From contig CAXXIN010000004.1 of assembly GCA_963665275.2 (NCBI GenBank), forward strand, positions 32,001-96,000: a stretch of DNA of 64,000 bases, written 5' to 3'. Shown piece by piece: positions 59,465 through 64,000 of the stretch (positions are counted from its first letter, which is position 1; each line of letters begins with the position of its first letter). The notes beneath the pieces were generated by a model. It had not been told where the DNA came from. It searched no databases and worked only from the letters and a program-made list of their open reading frames with translations. Origin of the DNA: Negativicutes bacterium. Its GTDB lineage: Bacteria; Bacillota; Negativicutes; UBA1444. The position numbers and the translations under genes are program-made.

Positions 59465-60343
59465 TCAATTATCTCGCGATAGCAGATATTCCGACAGACT
59501 CCGGAGAACTCCCGCCTTATCGCCAAAACGTTCAAGAGCCCGCACCGATTCATCCACTGCACATTTTGCCATCTGCCGTGCCTCCGGCAGAGAATATACG
59601 GAAACATAGGTCGCCTTGTGATTCTTCTCATCGCTGCCGACCGGTTTCCCCAGCATCGCCTCCGAGCCGGTGACATCCAAAATGTCGTCCGTGATCTGAA
59701 ACGCGAGCCCAAATTGTTCCGCATACTCCGTCAGGCTTTGCACTTCGTCGTCGGAAGCTTCAGCCAGCAAAGCTCCGACGCGCAAACTGGCCCGGAATAG
59801 TGCACCGGTTTTCAAGCGATGCATCAGAGTCATGATTTCCGGCATCGGCTGCTGGCCTTCGGATCCCAGATCGATCGCCTGACCACCGACCATACCGGAC
59901 GGACCGGCCGCCTGCGCCACTTCCTGCGCTACCTTTACCAAGGTCGCGGGCGCAGCATCCGGCTGCGACAACAGCGTTTCAAAGGCCAGTGTCAATAGCC
60001 CATCTCCGGCCAACACGGCCATCCCTTCGCCGAACACCTTGTGATTGGTGAGGCGTCCCCGCCGGTAGTCGTCATCATCCATGGCCGGCAGATCATCGTG
60101 GATGAGAGAATAGGTGTGAATCATCTCCAGCGCGCAGGCTGAATGCAGGAACCGCCGCCCGTCGCTGCCTGCCGCATCGGCCGCAGCCATCAGCAAAATA
60201 GGCCTCAGTCGCTTGCCGCCGGCGAACAGACTATAACGCATGGTCTCCATCATCCGGGCCAAAGGACCCGACTGTTCCGGAACCAGCGTCTGCATATAGT
60301 CTTCAACCAGGATTTGTCGTTCTTTCAAATATTTACGCCACAT
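59465..60343 (-). CDS. ispA: farnesyl diphosphate synthase
   Basis: GGKRLRP, SLIHDDLPAMDDDDYRRG and FQITDDILD motifs. Confidence 0.95.
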   Translation of the reverse strand: MWRKYLKERQILVEDYMQTLVPEQSGPLARMMETMRYSLFAGGKRLRPILLMAAADAAGSDGRRFLHSACALEMIHTYSLIHDDLPAMDDDDYRRGRLTNHKVFGEGMAVLAGDGLLTLAFETLLSQPDAAPATLVKVAQEVAQAAGPSGMVGGQAIDLGSEGQQPMPEIMTLMHRLKTGALFRASLRVGALLAEASDDEVQSLTEYAEQFGLAFQITDDILDVTGSEAMLGKPVGSDEKNHKATYVSVYSLPEARQMAKCAVDESVRALERFGDKAGVLRSLSEYLLSRDN

Positions 60344-60603
60344 TACTCTGCCTCCGGCAAGGTCAGTTCGATTTCCGACAAAACCCCATCCGATTCCTTA
60401 ATGACTTTATTAACGGCGGTTTCAGCTGCCTGAAGCTGCTGAAGACAAAACTGCGACAGTTCCGTTCCCTCTGCATGTTTTTGCATGGCAACCTCAAGCG
60501 GGAGTTCACCGCGTTCCATCTCTTCCACCAACAGTTCCAGACGCGCCAGAGCCTCGTCAAAACTTAGCCCAGTCACAGCAGACTTAACGCTTTTCTTCTT
60601 CAC
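60343..60603 (-). CDS. xseB: exodeoxyribonuclease VII small subunit
   Basis: SFDEALARLE...GELPLE motif; follows xseA. Confidence 0.93.
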   Translation of the reverse strand: MKKKSVKSAVTGLSFDEALARLELLVEEMERGELPLEVAMQKHAEGTELSQFCLQQLQAAETAVNKVIKESDGVLSEIELTLPEAE

Positions 60604-61835
60604 GAATGTCTCACCTTCTCCGTTTCAGTCACTACGACTCCCAGTCGTCCTTCCTGCAGCCAAACTTCCAGAGAGTCCCCTGTCTCTACCGTTTCCGCCC
60701 GGCGGACAATCGCCCCGTCCGGCCGTCGCACTACACTGTATCCCCGCTGCAGTACCTTCATTGGATTGAGCATGTTCAGCTTCTCATCCGCCAGCTGCCA
60801 ACGCCGGGTTCGTCGCTCGATCACTTTCACGATAGCGGCCGTCAGTCTTTCCTGACATTGATCTAACGTTTGCATCCGTTCCCGCAGGAGTTCCTGCGGA
60901 CGACGGAACAAGCTGGAAGTCAGACATCGCTCCAGTCTGAGACGTCGCCGGATCACCCGATGTTTCAAGGACTGGTTCAACCGCTGTTGTGCTGATTGCA
61001 GCCGCCTGAGCAGCTCCGTTCTGTCCGGAACAACAAGCTCGGCGGCCTGGGATGGAGTCGCGGCCCGCAAATCAGCCGCGAAATCACTTAAGGAAAAATC
61101 CGTCTGATGCCCCACTGCCGAAACGATTGGCGTCACTGCCGCCGCGATGGCGCGAACAACCTGTTCGTCGTTAAAGGCCCACAAATCTTCTACACTGCCG
61201 CCACCGCGCCCGATGATGATCACATCCACACGCCCCGAGCGATCCAGCAGCTTGATTCCCCGTACGATCTGCGCCGGAGCTTCATCACCCTGAACCTGCA
61301 CCGGCAGCAGCAGAATGGGAATCCCAGGATGCCGCCGCTGCGCGACTGACACGATATCCCGGATCACCGCGCCAGTCGGTGACGTCACGACGCCGATAGC
61401 CCGCGGTAGAAGCGGCAGCGGCTTTTTAAGACTTTCTTCAAACAAGCCTTCGGCCAAAAGTTTTTCACGCAACCTGGCAAAAGCGACGCTCAAGTCTCCC
61501 TGGCCATCCGCAGTCATGGAATCTGCATACAACTGGTATGTTCCGTCGCGCTCATAAATGGAAACATGCCCAGAAACGCGGACTCTAGCCCCGTCTGCAG
61601 GCGCAAAGCGCAAACTCACGGCACGACTGCGGAACATCACACACCGGATGGAGGCGCCGGCATCTTTAATCGTGAAATAACAGTGACCCGAATAATGCCG
61701 ACGAAAATTCGACAGTTCTCCTCCGACACGAACCCGGCCCAAGACCGAATCTGCATCAAACAGGCGTCGGATATAGGAAGTCAGCTCCGTCACGCTGAGT
61801 GCATCAGTATCCTGCAAATCCTTCAGTCTGTTCAC
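60600..61835 (-). CDS. xseA: exodeoxyribonuclease VII large subunit
   Basis: GELSN..SGHCYF, RGGGSVEDLWAFN and AATPSQAAE motifs. Confidence 0.96.
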   Translation of the reverse strand: MNRLKDLQDTDALSVTELTSYIRRLFDADSVLGRVRVGGELSNFRRHYSGHCYFTIKDAGASIRCVMFRSRAVSLRFAPADGARVRVSGHVSIYERDGTYQLYADSMTADGQGDLSVAFARLREKLLAEGLFEESLKKPLPLLPRAIGVVTSPTGAVIRDIVSVAQRRHPGIPILLLPVQVQGDEAPAQIVRGIKLLDRSGRVDVIIIGRGGGSVEDLWAFNDEQVVRAIAAAVTPIVSAVGHQTDFSLSDFAADLRAATPSQAAELVVPDRTELLRRLQSAQQRLNQSLKHRVIRRRLRLERCLTSSLFRRPQELLRERMQTLDQCQERLTAAIVKVIERRTRRWQLADEKLNMLNPMKVLQRGYSVVRRPDGAIVRRAETVETGDSLEVWLQEGRLGVVVTETEKVRHS

Positions 61836-62785
61836 ACCGCCTTATGAGTATGCGCCCACCAGGCTGCCCCCACTGCGTTATCCCCGCTGAACTCAGGGGA
61901 GGGAACCCGCACGGCCGCCTGCACGCCGCCGCTCAAAAAATCGGCGACACTCGTCCGGATAAAACGATTGGCAGCAACACCGCCAACAAGCAAAACCGTT
62001 TTAACGCCAGTTTGAGCGATTGCAGCAGCCAGCGACCGGTTCAATGAATCAGCCACGCATCGCTGTACAGAGGCCGCGACCTCGGAAGGCTCCGGTGAGG
62101 AAGCGAGCCAGCGCTGAACATGGGTTTCCGGTCCGGAGAAACTGATCTGCGTTCCCGACACAGAAACAGGAGTCAGCGTCGCATTGCCTGTACAGGTTGC
62201 CGCCAGCCTTTCCAGATGAGGTCCGGCAGGAAACGGCAGTCCCATCGCCACTCCCACCCGGTCAATGAATTGTCCGGCATGCAAATCGCGGGTCCCGCCA
62301 ATGAGTTGGACCTCGAATCGGTCCGTATTTTTTCGCACGAACAAGATTTCAGTCGTTCCGCCTGAAACGTGAAGCGCTAGGAACTCAGGGTCAAACTCTC
62401 CGCCAGAGGACCACATGCCAGCCAGGATATGGTTTTCCTGGTGACTGATCTCAAGGGCAGGGCAACCCAATGCGGCGCCCAGTGTTCTGGCGCTACCGAG
62501 ACCTACAAGAAATACCGGCATGTAAGAGCCTTCGACCGGACGGGGCTTGCCTGAAGCAGCCACACAAACAATCCGGGCTTTCGGCCCTATCGACCGCCGT
62601 ATTTCTTCCATCAACACAGGCAAATTGCGCACATGTTGAAATACCATCTCAGACTGAGCCAATCCCCGTCCGCCCGGTTTTACGATCAGCGGAATCCTTG
62701 CTTCGGCAACCAGTTTCCCCTCTTTATCCAAGACCGCTGCCGAGGTTGTGTAGCAGCTGGTATCTATTCCGAGTGATAGTTCCAT
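61832..62785 (-). CDS. TsaD/Kae1-like (O-sialoglycoprotein endopeptidase family) protein
   Basis: GIDTSCYTT, SHQENH, VSGGTT, GQFIDRVG and DNAVG motifs. Confidence 0.88.
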   Translation of the reverse strand: MELSLGIDTSCYTTSAAVLDKEGKLVAEARIPLIVKPGGRGLAQSEMVFQHVRNLPVLMEEIRRSIGPKARIVCVAASGKPRPVEGSYMPVFLVGLGSARTLGAALGCPALEISHQENHILAGMWSSGGEFDPEFLALHVSGGTTEILFVRKNTDRFEVQLIGGTRDLHAGQFIDRVGVAMGLPFPAGPHLERLAATCTGNATLTPVSVSGTQISFSGPETHVQRWLASSPEPSEVAASVQRCVADSLNRSLAAAIAQTGVKTVLLVGGVAANRFIRTSVADFLSGGVQAAVRVPSPEFSGDNAVGAAWWAHTHKAV

Positions 62786-62786
62786 T

Positions 62787-63203
62787 TCACTCCGGCGCGC
62801 CCCGAACCATCGACCCCAGGATTCCATTAACGAACCGGCTTGATTCGTCAGAACCGAAATGTTTAGCCAATTCGACCGCTTCATTAACAGCCGCTCTCGG
62901 GGGGATCTGTCCGTCGCCAAATTTAATCTCAAAAACCGCCATCCGCGTGACAGCACGATCGACGCCGCCCATCCGCTCCAGCTTCCAGTCGCGGGCCAAC
63001 TCCGAAATGATCAGGTCAATTGCATCCTTGTGCTCCAACGTCCCCCTGACCACCCATTGGACATATTCATTAACGCTATCCGGGATTTCTTCTTCTTCCT
63101 GCATGGCGTATACCGCAGGAATCACTTCAGCGGGAGAGCCGCCGGTAAAATCAAGGGTGAACAAGACTTGCAGCGCAATCTCCCGGGCTTTTCTTCGACT
63201 CAT
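62787..63203 (-). CDS. nusB: transcription antitermination factor NusB
   Basis: RRKARE, NEAVELAK and FVNGIL motifs. Confidence 0.96.
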   Translation of the reverse strand: MSRRKAREIALQVLFTLDFTGGSPAEVIPAVYAMQEEEEIPDSVNEYVQWVVRGTLEHKDAIDLIISELARDWKLERMGGVDRAVTRMAVFEIKFGDGQIPPRAAVNEAVELAKHFGSDESSRFVNGILGSMVRGAPE

Positions 63204-63223
63204 GATAATTTAGACGCTCCTAT

Positions 63224-63451
63224 CTATCGATGGGTTCCCGGAGGCAGTAATCTATCCAAAATCTCCATCAAATCCTCTTTATCGTCAATGCGTTTGCCGA
63301 TCACATAGCCGACCACCATGCAGAATAGTACAAACAATGCCTGAAAAAAGCCAATGGCAAGAATCAGCAGGCCCAAAACCAATCCGATGGAAGCCCCCAT
63401 GATCTTTCCACTATGGGCACGCCAGATTTCCTGCAATAAAAGTGGATCCAC
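63224..63451 (-). CDS. DUF2273 small membrane protein
   Basis: two TM segments, GKIMG...GFF...GYVIG; amaP-DUF2273-nusB synteny. Confidence 0.85.
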   Translation of the reverse strand: MDPLLLQEIWRAHSGKIMGASIGLVLGLLILAIGFFQALFVLFCMVVGYVIGKRIDDKEDLMEILDRLLPPGTHR

Positions 63452-63469
63452 CGTCTATCCCTCCTGCCA

Positions 63470-64000
63470 TTAGTCGACGCGACTTTTGCTCTTGAATTCG
63501 TTTGAAATATCATTCACCAAAATCCGCACTTCTGACATTGTTACACCCACTGTGTTTTTCAGGTACTCCTGCGTCCGTTGTTGGATTTCAGCGGCCACCT
63601 TGGGGATGTTATATTCAGGGCCAACAACAATCCGCATATCCACTTTGACTTCTTCCGCCAACTGCCGGATATGTACTTTCGCATTCCGCACTCCCCGTGT
63701 GTGCAGGGCCGTCTTGGCAATGAGATCTTCCACTGCGCCGATCGATATTTCGACGACGCCCATATCCGTCTGGTGAACGATCTTTCGCGGTCCCCGGCGG
63801 GAACGCACCCCCGCGAGCAGCAAACGAATGCTGACCAGAAAAAAAACTCCGCCGATCAGCGCGGCTTCCCATCTTCCATAGATGAGGGAAAGACCCTGCT
63901 GCCAATAATCCTGAGGCAAAATTTTCACCGACAGCATAATGGCGATCAGTGAAAGCAACATCAGCACAATGGTGTAAATCGAGAGAATAATCCTGTCAAT
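63470..64000 (-). CDS. amaP: alkaline shock response membrane anchor AmaP (5' end outside window)
   Basis: two TM segments, G.VEIS..AVEDL, C-terminal RVD; synteny. Confidence 0.85.
   Translation of the reverse strand: MDRIILSIYTIVLMLLSLIAIMLSVKILPQDYWQQGLSLIYGRWEAALIGGVFFLVSIRLLLAGVRSRRGPRKIVHQTDMGVVEISIGAVEDLIAKTALHTRGVRNAKVHIRQLAEEVKVDMRIVVGPEYNIPKVAAEIQQRTQEYLKNTVGVTMSEVRILVNDISNEFKSKSRVD

Noticed and set aside
61832-62785. Canonical tsaD
   Set aside because: Motifs (GIDTSCYTT, SHQENH) match the TsaD-like paralogue found beside nusB/xseA, so no symbol assigned.
1-64000. rRNA, tRNA, CRISPR arrays, prophage or defence genes
   Set aside because: None recognised; intergenic gaps are short or explained by riboswitches and promoters.

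Overview
Chromosomal window from a Firmicutes-type genome that also encodes outer-membrane machinery (an Omp85/TpsB barrel and a Wza/OPX exporter), so most likely a diderm Negativicutes (inference). Almost all genes are on the minus strand. Left arm (1-16 kb): rpsU, yqeY, nfeD (frameshifted), floA, a glycine-riboswitch gcvT-H-PA-PB operon, a TyrR-like sigma-54 activator, ald, an EAL-HDOD protein, YbjN, a UgtP-like GT and a KapD-like exonuclease. Right arm (46.9-64 kb): housekeeping run amaP-nusB-tsaD-like-xseAB-ispA-dxs-tlyA-nadK-argR-recN-buk-nudF-yqxK-xerD-pdp. Between them lies a visibly more AT-rich ~30 kb Wzx/Wzy polysaccharide locus. It is headed by a c-di-GMP-I riboswitch and has several unusual parts: a lone IS3 OrfA-like HTH gene as first cistron with no OrfB or slippery site, a BY-kinase and a second phosphoglycosyltransferase that have both lost catalytic residues, an orphan TpsB barrel near two paralogous beta-helix proteins, an antisense PilZ-like gene, and tandemly amplified GNAT genes in place of a PglD/EpsM acetyltransferase. 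I found no rRNA, tRNA or CRISPR array. All family calls rest on motif recognition by eye, not database searches.
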